Source: Phycisphaerae bacterium (GTDB lineage: Bacteria; Planctomycetota; Phycisphaerae; SM23-33). Taken from it: a stretch of 64,000 nucleotides of DNA. A program made the position numbers and the translations under genes. The notes under the pieces were generated by a model that did not search any database, was not told the DNA's origin, and worked only from the letters and a program-made list of their open reading frames with translations. Positions 11,101 to 21,066 of the stretch are shown one piece after another. The stretch's first letter is position 1. Each line of letters begins with the position of its first letter. The DNA is taken from positions 875 to 64,874 of the forward strand of contig JBKHCL010000004.1 in NCBI GenBank assembly GCA_046541875.1, read 5' to 3'.

Positions 11101-11237
11101 ACGCTCACCACCGGGAACTCGATGTCCGGGTTCTCCCGCAGGGGCATGGCCGTCCAGGCCCACAGACCGAAGACCGCCACCGCGATGAAGACCACGATCG
11201 TCAGAACCGGTCGGCGGATGGTGAAATTCCAGATCAT
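8157..11237 (-). CDS. Efflux RND transporter permease subunit (HME/CzcA-like suggested by downstream PII-like gene)
   Basis: 1026 aa starting MIWNFTIRRPVLTIVVFIAVAVFGLWAW; 12-TM AcrB/CzcA architecture with two large periplasmic loops; start ATG overlaps the membrane-fusion-protein stop (CCATGATC). Confidence 0.9.
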   Translation of the reverse strand: MIWNFTIRRPVLTIVVFIAVAVFGLWAWTAMPLRENPDIEFPVVSVNVVFPGAEPEVIETEIIDPLEEEINTAEGLKRLESTARAQVGTITAEFELWRDVDIATQDVRDRVNRALRELPDGIERPIVRQIDPDAQPVMWIALTGDRRWDAVSLSTYADETLREHLQNIRGVGRVVIGGERRYAVRVRLDPEKLKARNLEVKDVIAAIRANNVDLPAGRIESEQREFLVKMHGQFSSPEPINRIIVAVRRGGAIRIEDVGEAYAGVENDRQSANFVGRTAIGLGIVKRSGANTVALASAVRERMSELAGDFPPGLEYTIATDNSEYIEASIRDLVVTIFLATGLVVIVVLFFLRSGWGTLITSLSIPVSLLAGVAVMSWLGFSLNTLTMLGLILAIGIVVDDAVVILESAKRKLDAGSEARPAARVGTTEVAFPAIANTMALAAVFIPVAFTAGIIGRFFYEFSLTVAVTVFASTLTALTLTPMLCSRLLKRTEREGRLATTARKSVDRLGDAYGWLVGKAFAHPAISILSALAVFAATGYLATRLSTEFLPTVDRSQFLVSYEMPEGATLRATQEQSDRIGKVLRGRDDVQHYFSAIGLSRGEGPGRVNNGIAFVRLVPRDQRELHQSEVAQQLREQLKKIPLGRAYVIEFGQVGLGAGAEVQFALQHPDLDELARRQESLMGWMRRQPLFTGVNSDLKMNNPEVNIRPRRDKANDAGITVRDINETFQLLLGEPDISEIEREAERYEVIPEIVFKGDMVPEMIQSIYLRNADGNMVSAGDLLRSEVGVGPSAIHHYNRIRSATISASTPPGSSLGDAVNALQTRLDQQLPRRFDYVFAGRTQDFRESFRNLLVTIAMAVVFIYLVLAGQFESFLQPLIILLALPLAWSGAFAALWIFNMPLGIVSFIGLIMLTGMATKNAILLIDYTNVLVARGRSLREAAREASAVRFRPVVMTTVSTVLGLLPIALGFGSGGEARAPMGVAVAFGLTVTTILTLVFLPVVYVLVGEGVSKLSSRLGSPQEDDE

Positions 11238-12391
11238 GGCCGCCCACCTCCGGCAGGACGACTGGCCGGTTGCGTTGCCGGTCGGCTGGTCGGCTGGGTC
11301 GTGGTGTCGGCTACGATGCGAACCTTCCGTTCTTCGCGCAGCTGCAGTTGTCCGGTGCGGACGACGGTCTCGCCGGGCTCGATGCCTTCGCGGATTTCCA
11401 CCCACCCGGGCCGTCGCAGACCCGTCTTCACGCTCTGTCGCCGGGCCGTGCCGTTCTCGACGATGAACACCTCGTATCCCTCTCGCGTGGAGACGAGGGC
11501 TTCTTCGGGGATGGTGGGAACGTTGCGACGGACGTCCGTGATCAGCCGCGTTTTGGCGAACGTGCCCGGGCGCAGCAGGCCGTTGGGGTCGTCCACCAGG
11601 GCGATCAGCGGCAGCCGGCGGGTGCTTTCCCGAACGCGGGGTGCAACGTAGGAGACCGAGGCGGCAAAGGTCCGCTTCGGCCAGGCGTCCACGGTGAACC
11701 GCACGGTCTGGCCGAGGGCGACCTGGTCCATCTCCTGCTGGCCGACCTGGAAGTGAATCTCCAGCGCCGAGGGCGTCACCAGTGTTGCCAGCGGATCGCC
11801 GATGTTCACGAAGTCGCCCACGTCCACGAGGTGGTCGCCCATCGTGCCGGCCGACAGCGTTCGTACGCGGGTGTCCCTGATCTTCTCGCGGATCAGCTCG
11901 ATCTCGGCATTCACGCGGCGAACCTGGGCTTCCAAAGCCTTCCACCGAGACCGGAGGCGATCCATTTCCTCAGTTGTGGCGGCGCCTTGTTCGTACACGT
12001 CCAGATACCGTCGGTAGCTTCTCTCGGCCTCGGCGGCGCGGACCTTCAGTTCGTCCCGCTGAGCGACGCGGGCAGCGAGCTGCTTTGTGAGCTCTTCCTT
12101 TTTGAGCACGAAGAGCACCTCGCCGGCGGAGACCTTCTGCCCCCGCTGGAAGCGGATCTCCTGGACGTGCCCCGGCGTCTCGGCGCGAAGTTCCACCCGA
12201 CGGGCGGCGCGCAGGTTTCCGACGCTTCGCAGCGTTCGCCGGAACGTGCCCGGCTGAACCGTCCAGACCCGCACCGGGACAGGCTTGTCGCGCCGCTGTT
12301 GCTTCTCTTCCCCACAGCCTGGAAACAACAGGGCAGCCGCCACGAGGACGAATGCCAAACGGGGGGCAGATTGTGTGGGATTCGTGTCCAT
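11234..12391 (-). CDS. Efflux RND periplasmic adaptor (membrane fusion protein), lipoprotein
   Basis: Lipobox LFPGCG; coiled-coil hairpin (KKEELTKQLAARVAQRDELKV...); beta-barrel/MP domains; stop overlaps the RND start. Confidence 0.85.
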   Translation of the reverse strand: MDTNPTQSAPRLAFVLVAAALLFPGCGEEKQQRRDKPVPVRVWTVQPGTFRRTLRSVGNLRAARRVELRAETPGHVQEIRFQRGQKVSAGEVLFVLKKEELTKQLAARVAQRDELKVRAAEAERSYRRYLDVYEQGAATTEEMDRLRSRWKALEAQVRRVNAEIELIREKIRDTRVRTLSAGTMGDHLVDVGDFVNIGDPLATLVTPSALEIHFQVGQQEMDQVALGQTVRFTVDAWPKRTFAASVSYVAPRVRESTRRLPLIALVDDPNGLLRPGTFAKTRLITDVRRNVPTIPEEALVSTREGYEVFIVENGTARRQSVKTGLRRPGWVEIREGIEPGETVVRTGQLQLREERKVRIVADTTTQPTSRPATQPASRPAGGGRP

Positions 12392-12523
12392 GAGTTACAA
12401 CCTGCCCTCAGGCAGGAACACCTTGCGGCCCGGCCAAGGCGGTCGCCCGGCCGGCGTCGCGTCAAGTTATTGTATACGAATGGTCAGCGGCCGAGCCGGG
12501 AAGGTGGATCAGCGGGTGTGCGG

Positions 12524-14581
<2,058 letters not shown>

Positions 14582-14753
14582 TCACCTCACAGCCTTCGGT
14601 AGGACCCACGGAAGTGTATCGGGAAAGGCTGAATGAGATGAGCATCCGGACAGGCCCCGTCCTGCCGCAGAGGGTTCGGCTGCTGTTTACAGATCCACCT
14701 GTGCCGAATCGATAGCATGGTGGTGAGCGTTGTTTCACCCAGAGGAGCCCCCC

Positions 14754-15548
14754 ATGCCCGAACTGCCCGACGTCGCCGTGTTCAAGAAGTACCTCGATGC
14801 CACCTCGCTGCATCAGCGGATCTCGGCTACCGAATGCCTCGACGGGCGAATCGTCAAAGGTGTCTCCCGCCGGAAGCTCCAGCAGCGGCTGAAGGGCCAA
14901 CGGCTGGACGCCACGGTGCGTCACGGCAAATGGCTGTTCGCCCCGCTCAGCGACGGGGGCGCGTTCGTGATGCATTTCGGGATGACGGGCAACGTGGATT
15001 ACGGCCCCGACGAAGGCGACCCGCCCGAGCACACCCGGTTCGTGTTGCACCTGGCCGAGGGGAAGCGCCTCGCGATTGTCTCCCAGCGGATGATCGGGCG
15101 TGTCTCCTGGGCCGAAGAGATCGAAACGGTTCTCGCCGAGCACGACGTCGGGGTCGATGCGCTGAGCGACGAGTTGGACGCTGCGACGTTCGCGGAGATC
15201 GTCGGATCCCGCCGCGGCGCCATCAAGTCGACGCTGATGAACCAATCGGTCATCGCGGGCATCGGCAACGTGTACTCCGATGAGATCCTCTTCCAGGCCG
15301 GCGTACACCCCGCTGCCGGCGCGAACGAGCTCGACGAGAAAACGCTCCGCAAGCTCCATCGAGTAATGACACGCGTGTTGCAGACGGCTACCAGGAAGGG
15401 GGCCGACGCCCGCGACATGCCGCGAACTTGGCTGATGGGCAATCGCGGCGGCGACCAGCCTTGCCCCCGCTGCGGCGGCGAGATCGAGGATATCGTCGTC
15501 AGCGGCCGACGCGGGTGGTATTGTCCGCGCTGCCAGCCAGGAGGATGA
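14754..15548 (+). CDS. Fpg/Nei family DNA glycosylase / AP lyase (MutM-like)
   Basis: N-terminal MPELPDV (catalytic Pro2), H2TH region, C-terminal zinc finger CPRCGGEIEDIVVSGRRGWYCPRCQ; divergent from ligA. Confidence 0.85.
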   Translation: MPELPDVAVFKKYLDATSLHQRISATECLDGRIVKGVSRRKLQQRLKGQRLDATVRHGKWLFAPLSDGGAFVMHFGMTGNVDYGPDEGDPPEHTRFVLHLAEGKRLAIVSQRMIGRVSWAEEIETVLAEHDVGVDALSDELDAATFAEIVGSRRGAIKSTLMNQSVIAGIGNVYSDEILFQAGVHPAAGANELDEKTLRKLHRVMTRVLQTATRKGADARDMPRTWLMGNRGGDQPCPRCGGEIEDIVVSGRRGWYCPRCQPGG

Positions 15549-15568
15549 CCGCCGAAAACGCAAATGAC

Positions 15569-15597
15569 ATTGACACGTTCTCCCTATGCGAAGATAA
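15569..15597 (+). promoter_or_regulatory. Near-consensus sigma70 promoter (TTGACA-17-GATAAT) for the HEAT / DUF1559 operon
   Basis: TTGACA at 15569-15574, 17-nt spacer, GATAAT at 15592-15597, in an AT-rich island. Confidence 0.45.
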
Positions 15598-15706
15598 TGG
15601 TGAATAGTGAGAATCGGGCTCATAGAGTGCCGATAAGAAGAATGAAGCGAGTCGCTATGTTTACGATCAGTGACGGTCATCTGTGCTGAGAACTGAGGAC
15701 GTCGTA

Positions 15707-16240
15707 GTGAGTACCAAAAAGGCTACCATTCTGGCAGGGGGCTTCCTCCTGCTGGCTGTCGGGTTATTGGTCTGGCAGTTGACGGGCGGAAGTGCGTCCG
15801 ATTCCCCTGACGATCCCCTCTCCGGGCTGACCTACGAGAAGGCCGCTCCCAAGGCCGATCGTGAAGCCGCCACCGTTGCGATCTCCCGCAAGAGTCGCGC
15901 GGTGGCCGTTCCTGAGCTCCGTCGCATCGCGCGGGAGGACCCGGACCCCACCGTCAGGGCGGTGGCGATCGCCGGTCTCGGGGAGCATCGCGACTACAAG
16001 AGCATGGACCTGATTCTCGATGGACTGGAGTCCGGCTCGCACGCCGAGAGGGTCCGGGCGACGGCGGCGGCGGGGCGCATGTTGGGCCCGCGGCGCGTGG
16101 ATCCACAAACGGATTCCAAGGAACAGAGGCAGCGCATCATTGCCGAAGCCTATCGCCGCATGTGGCAGTCGTTGAAGGGCTCGCCCCGGCTCGATGAATT
16201 TCAGAAGAAGATCGATCGAACCTACGGAGAGTTGCCATGA
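15707..16240 (+). CDS. Membrane-anchored HEAT-repeat protein
   Basis: GTG start preceded by GAGGA; N-terminal TM ILAGGFLLLAVGLLVW; HEAT-like helices with 'DPDPTVRAVAIAGLGE' PBS-lyase-type repeat; stop overlaps the next start (ATGA). Confidence 0.5.
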   Translation: MSTKKATILAGGFLLLAVGLLVWQLTGGSASDSPDDPLSGLTYEKAAPKADREAATVAISRKSRAVAVPELRRIAREDPDPTVRAVAIAGLGEHRDYKSMDLILDGLESGSHAERVRATAAAGRMLGPRRVDPQTDSKEQRQRIIAEAYRRMWQSLKGSPRLDEFQKKIDRTYGELP

Positions 16241-17322
16241 GTCGTAGACGTAAGTGTTTCGCGGCGTTCACGCTGGTGGAGTTGTTGGTGGTCCTTGCGA
16301 TCACCGTGCTGCTGATCACGATGCTGCTCCCGATGTTCGGCAAAGCCAAGGAGGCGGCCCGACTGGCGCAATGCGCGGCGAACCTCAATTCGCTGGGCGT
16401 GGCGTACACCAATCGCGGGGCCGACATCGCCGGCAGCGGGGCGGGCACCTCCCGCCCGGTCGTTGGTGAGCCCTACGCCTGGCCGTCGTTGCTGGGGCAG
16501 TATCTCGGGGGCGACGGAGGCGTGCTGTCCTGCCCGTCGGATGAGCAGCTTGACCCGCTGTGGGACGGGAAGAATCCCAGCGCCGAGGGCTTTGATGATT
16601 TCGTCTCCGCCCCTGGCTATGAGTGGATGCTGTTTCACCACGTCGACGGAGTCAGGACGGCGTTTCACGTTCCTATGACCAACGAGCATCCCCTCTTTGC
16701 GACTATCGGTTGGGACGGTACGGGGCGTCAGGTGGATCAGAAACGCAAAGGTCGCTACGGGTCCAAGCCCGACCAGGCACTGGTATTCACCACTCTTCGG
16801 ATCAGGAACTGGCTGAAGTTCGATCAGGATGCCGGCTCCAGTTACGACGGCGGGTCCGGGTGGGGACACGAGCATCAGTTCTCCTTCGTGCCGGTTGAGA
16901 AGAGCGAGGATTCTGCCGTCGTCGAGGGCATCGGCTGGAAGGTGCAGCACGGCGAGAAGTGGTTGTACAACGGCAAGGAAGGGGACGATGCCATCAAGAA
17001 GAACTACACCTATGCCCACACCAACGAATGGGTTCCGGCCAGCTACGGCATGAACAACCGCGCACCGCACCTGGCCCGCGGCGAGCGTCGCATCCTGCTG
17101 GTGGACTACGAGCGACTGGTGGCCGACGTCGTCGACGCCGACGACCATGCCGCCACCGACAGTTGGACCCACGAGATGGACGAGGTCCGCGGCCGTCACG
17201 GCGGACGGGTGAACGTCCTCTGGAGCGACGGTTCGGTAACCACCAAGCTGCCCGGCGAGATCGATCCGGGCATCTCGGAGAATCTCGAACAGAAGTGGCG
17301 CCCCCGCGCCGAGTCCAACTGA
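16237..17322 (+). CDS. DUF1559 protein with prepilin-type N-terminal cleavage/methylation domain (Planctomycete H-X9-DG family)
   Basis: FTLVELLVVLAITVLLITMLLP pilin-like N-terminus; C-terminal H-X9-DG motif RHGGRVNVLWSDGSV; GGAGA Shine-Dalgarno. Confidence 0.85.
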   Translation: MSRRRKCFAAFTLVELLVVLAITVLLITMLLPMFGKAKEAARLAQCAANLNSLGVAYTNRGADIAGSGAGTSRPVVGEPYAWPSLLGQYLGGDGGVLSCPSDEQLDPLWDGKNPSAEGFDDFVSAPGYEWMLFHHVDGVRTAFHVPMTNEHPLFATIGWDGTGRQVDQKRKGRYGSKPDQALVFTTLRIRNWLKFDQDAGSSYDGGSGWGHEHQFSFVPVEKSEDSAVVEGIGWKVQHGEKWLYNGKEGDDAIKKNYTYAHTNEWVPASYGMNNRAPHLARGERRILLVDYERLVADVVDADDHAATDSWTHEMDEVRGRHGGRVNVLWSDGSVTTKLPGEIDPGISENLEQKWRPRAESN

Positions 17323-17832
17323 CGCTTCGAACAGACTTACCCCCACACTTCTTCCCTGCATGCGTGAGGACGTCGCCCGGCTGCGAAGCGGGTACCCCGC
17401 ACAGGCATGGGCGCATCGGCTCGCCGACGTATCTCGTCCTGCAGGCCCGCAAATGCGGGCCAGCAGCCGCCTTACGCCGCTTTTCCCTATAAGATTATTC
17501 GGACCTTGGGCGAAAATGGGTTTGTTCGCGCGTGGCAATGGAGTCTACAATGGCAGCGGTGAAGAGGCTTCGGGCTTCACCGTTTCATACGGAGACCCGA
17601 ACGGTACCTGTGCAGAAGTTCCGTTACTTACCGGTTTCATTGGGTAATGAGCAGCCCAGCATTTTGGGCGAGGACCACCGGACAGCAAAGAAATGCGAGA
17701 CTTTCGCGTCGATCACGAGCTTCCTTGGGTCGGTCAACGATCGTTCCTGCTAAACGCCGGATGCCTGGATCACGTCAACCAAGAGAGTCGGCAGGTTCTC
17801 CTGGCGTTTGAAGACATCACGGAGACATCACA

Positions 17833-20382
17833 ATGAGCGGATGTGCAGGGGAGAACACACGCTCCAATCCCGAGTCGATCCGTGCTGAAGCAATGGCTCG
17901 GCTGCGCCGACGACGAGAAAACCTCGACTCAATGGATAGCTCGGACGTGTCCGAGCTGATCCATGAGCTGGAGGTTCGCCAGGTGGAACTGGAGGTGCAG
18001 AACGAGGAACTCCGCCGCGCCCACGACCAGCTCGCCCAGGCCCGCAACCACTATCGCGACCTGTACGAATTCGCCCCGGTGGGCTACCTGACGGTCGATC
18101 AGGCCGGCGAGGTGCTCCGTGCGAATCTCGCCGCGGCCCGACTGTGCGGCCGCGAGCGGTCCAGCATCATCGGAAAACGCCTGGAAAGGCTGGTTGCCCG
18201 CGACGATCGCGACGCCTGCTATGTTCTCCTGCGCGACGCCGGCAGCGACGAGCCCCGCTCGGGAGAGGTTCGCCTCGATCGGCCTGACGGAAAGGCGATG
18301 CGCGCCCGGATGGAAGTGGCTGTTCGCGACGACGAAACCACCGATGATATGTACCGCGTGACGCTTACGGACATCACCGCCCGCAGCCACGCTGAGCAGC
18401 AGTTGGCCCGCCAGCGGGAACTGCTGCAGCGCGTCGTGGATACCATCCCCATTCTGCTGGTGATGTGGGATCCCCGGATGGAGCGGTTTACGCTCAATCG
18501 CCATGCCACCGAGGTGCTTGGCTGGACCAGCGAGGACGCCAACAACGGGGATTTCATGAAGAAGGTCTACCCCGACCCGGCCTATCGTGCCGAGGTGGAA
18601 AACTACATGGCTTCGCTCAGTTCCGACTGGCGGGAACTCCGTACCACCGCCAGAAGCGGCGAGCAGGTTCCTATCGACTGGGCCAATGTCCGTCTTACCG
18701 ATGATACGATGGTCGGCATCGGCGTGGACCTCCGCGAACGAAAGGCCGCCGAGCAGGCCATCCGACTCAGCGAGGAACGATACCGCCTTGCCGCCTGGGC
18801 AGCCCAACTCGGTGCCTACAGCCGAGACCTGCAGACCGGCGAAGATTACTGGTCGCCCGAGTTCAAGAGAATCCTTGGTCTCCAGCCCGACGACGAGGTC
18901 GAGCTGAAAGACAGCATCCCGGCCTGCATCCATCCGGACGATCGCGAAAGAGTCCTCGACGAAGCACGCAATCGAAAGAACCATCGGGAAGAAGCTCGAT
19001 TTACCACGGAACACCGTATCAACCGCCCGGATGGTCAACTGCGGTGGGTTCTCGTCCGCGGACTGATGGAATACGACGATGCCGGCCGACCTGCTCGCAC
19101 CCACGGGTTCGCGATGGACATCACCGAACAGAAATGGGCGCAGCGAGCGCTGCGCGAGAGCGAGGAACGCTTCCGCGCCTTGGTGAGAAGCTCCGCCCAG
19201 ACCGTCTGGGAAACCACCCCCGAGGGGCTGGTCATCAAGGACTCACCCTCCTGGCGGGAGTTCACCGGACAGCATCTGGAGGAATCGCTCGCCGAAGGTT
19301 GGGTCAATGCGATCCACCCGGCCGACCGGGAGCACACGCTCGATGTGTGGAACAGCGCACTGGGCAGCGGTGAGCCCCTGGAGGTCGAATATCGCCTGCA
19401 GCGCCCGGACGGCACATACAGATGGACGGTCGTTCGAGCGGCTCCCATTCATGGCGCGGATGGACAGATCGTCAAATGGGTGGGCATGAACGTGGACATC
19501 ACCGATCGAAAGCAGACGGAACTGGCCTTGCGCGAAGCCCGCGAGGAGCTGGAGAAAACCGTTGACGAACGAACCGCCGAGCTGCGCCGGACCGTTCGCG
19601 AGATGGAAACCGCCGTCGCCCGACAGGAACTGGCTGAGCAGGTCCTTCGCGAACGCAACGAAGCCCTCTTCGAGCTCAACCGTGAGCTGGAAACGCGTGC
19701 CGACCAGCTCCAGTCGCTCACGCTGCAGTGTTCACTGGCCGAAGACCGCGAGCGCCATCGTCTCTCGGAGATCCTCCACGACGAACTGCAGCAGATGCTC
19801 GTAGCCGCCCAGTTCCAACTGGACGCCCTCGCCCCGCAGGCATCCGTGAAACATTCCGTGGCCAGGGGGTTCGAGGAGATCTCCTCGATTCTCTCCCAGG
19901 CCATCGCCCAGACGCGCGACCTGTCCCACCAGTTGCATCCGGTGGTCCTCCATCAGCGGGGCCTGATCGCCGCCCTGGAGTGGCTGGCCGAGGACATGCA
20001 GGAACGTCACAGCTTGGAGATCGATCTCTCGCTCGCCGAGGATGCCGCCCCTCGATGCGAGCAGCTCACCTCGTTTCTGTTCAAGGCGGCCCGTGAGTTG
20101 CTGTTCAACGTGGTCAAGCATTCCGGCGTTCGGCAGGCGTCGTTATCGCTGTGCAGGCAGGGCGAATACGTGGAATTGCAGGTCTCTGACAACGGCGACG
20201 GGTTCGATCCGCCCGAGATCGAGCTCGGTGGAAACGGGAGTGGTTTGGGTCTTCTGAGCATCCGTGAACGTGCCGAGTTCCTCGGCGGGACGGTGCACGT
20301 CGAGAGCATCAAAGGGGACGGCAGCCGATTCACGCTTCGCCTGCCGCGCGAAGAGGATACGGATTCCTCACTCGGGGCGTGA
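17833..20382 (+). CDS. Multi-PAS/PAC sensor histidine kinase with HisKA_3 (NarX/DegS-type) dimerisation domain
   Basis: Several PAS/PAC blocks; H-box SEILHDELQQMLVAAQFQL; HATPase_c GSGLGLLSIRERAEFLGGTVHVES; no response regulator adjacent. Confidence 0.85.
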   Translation: MSGCAGENTRSNPESIRAEAMARLRRRRENLDSMDSSDVSELIHELEVRQVELEVQNEELRRAHDQLAQARNHYRDLYEFAPVGYLTVDQAGEVLRANLAAARLCGRERSSIIGKRLERLVARDDRDACYVLLRDAGSDEPRSGEVRLDRPDGKAMRARMEVAVRDDETTDDMYRVTLTDITARSHAEQQLARQRELLQRVVDTIPILLVMWDPRMERFTLNRHATEVLGWTSEDANNGDFMKKVYPDPAYRAEVENYMASLSSDWRELRTTARSGEQVPIDWANVRLTDDTMVGIGVDLRERKAAEQAIRLSEERYRLAAWAAQLGAYSRDLQTGEDYWSPEFKRILGLQPDDEVELKDSIPACIHPDDRERVLDEARNRKNHREEARFTTEHRINRPDGQLRWVLVRGLMEYDDAGRPARTHGFAMDITEQKWAQRALRESEERFRALVRSSAQTVWETTPEGLVIKDSPSWREFTGQHLEESLAEGWVNAIHPADREHTLDVWNSALGSGEPLEVEYRLQRPDGTYRWTVVRAAPIHGADGQIVKWVGMNVDITDRKQTELALREAREELEKTVDERTAELRRTVREMETAVARQELAEQVLRERNEALFELNRELETRADQLQSLTLQCSLAEDRERHRLSEILHDELQQMLVAAQFQLDALAPQASVKHSVARGFEEISSILSQAIAQTRDLSHQLHPVVLHQRGLIAALEWLAEDMQERHSLEIDLSLAEDAAPRCEQLTSFLFKAARELLFNVVKHSGVRQASLSLCRQGEYVELQVSDNGDGFDPPEIELGGNGSGLGLLSIRERAEFLGGTVHVESIKGDGSRFTLRLPREEDTDSSLGA

Positions 20383-20658
20383 TCGTCCGGGGCTGTCGGC
20401 GTGGTCGGCGTGGCGCTCGGTTCGGGGCTGGGAGACATACGTTCCGCCCGGCGCGTGACGGATGTCCGACCAGGGCGCAAGATCCGGCTCGGACACGAGC
20501 GTACCATTCCGGGCGGCCTGGTAGCGGCTGCAGGAATGATAGTCCCCGTTGCAGTAGTGGTCCTCGATGCGCTCAGCCAGACTGTCGGAGATCTCCCCGG
20601 CGGCCTCGATGTATGTCGAGCAGGCGTGTTGTGTGCGATAGGGACATAATGCAGACAT
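20368..20658 (-). CDS. Small Cys-rich hypothetical protein
   Basis: 96 aa, CPYRTQHAC ... YCNGDYHSC; GGAG 8 nt upstream of ATG; good GC3; convergent 15-nt overlap with the histidine kinase 3' end. Confidence 0.3.
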   Translation of the reverse strand: MSALCPYRTQHACSTYIEAAGEISDSLAERIEDHYCNGDYHSCSRYQAARNGTLVSEPDLAPWSDIRHAPGGTYVSQPRTERHADHADSPGRSRPE

Positions 20659-21066
20659 AGGGCGTACTCCAGAATGTGGATAGGTCTTCTATCGGCCGGT
20701 GCGGCGGGCCTGGCTGTCTCCGGTCGCGGTGAACTCGCCCGGCAGGTCCGGATGACTCGCCCGGAGATACCGCTCCGTTGCCAGCCGAAGGCGCGGATTT
20801 CCGGTAATTGCCCGGGTTTGTTCAGAATCCGACGTGGCCTGGCAGATTACCGGCTGCATCGGTTGCGTGGGAGCGAAGCGAATAGGAGGCTGCATGGTCG
20901 TCCTTTCCGAGGTCCGTTGGTCCTGTCGTGCCGGAACCTATTGTTGCACAGAATCGGAATCATGCAATCAGGGCGCCGCCCGGAATTACACGCAGCCGAC
21001 CCCCCACGCGCAATGGGGGAACCCCCCACTCGGCAGGCTGAAATCACAACCGCTGCCGGCTGCGAA

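Noticed and set aside
12392-12523. GTATAC-containing near-palindrome (TCAAGTTATTGTATACGAATGGTCAG) upstream of the efflux operon as a possible TetR/MerR operator
   Set aside because: The symmetry is imperfect and no regulator gene is adjacent. Evidence is insufficient.
17562-17586. GGTGAAG...CTTCACC inverted repeat considered as a second CRP/FNR-type site
   Set aside because: The spacer is 10 nt and the arms are 7 nt. The geometry fits an RNA hairpin, not a 5-4-5 operator.
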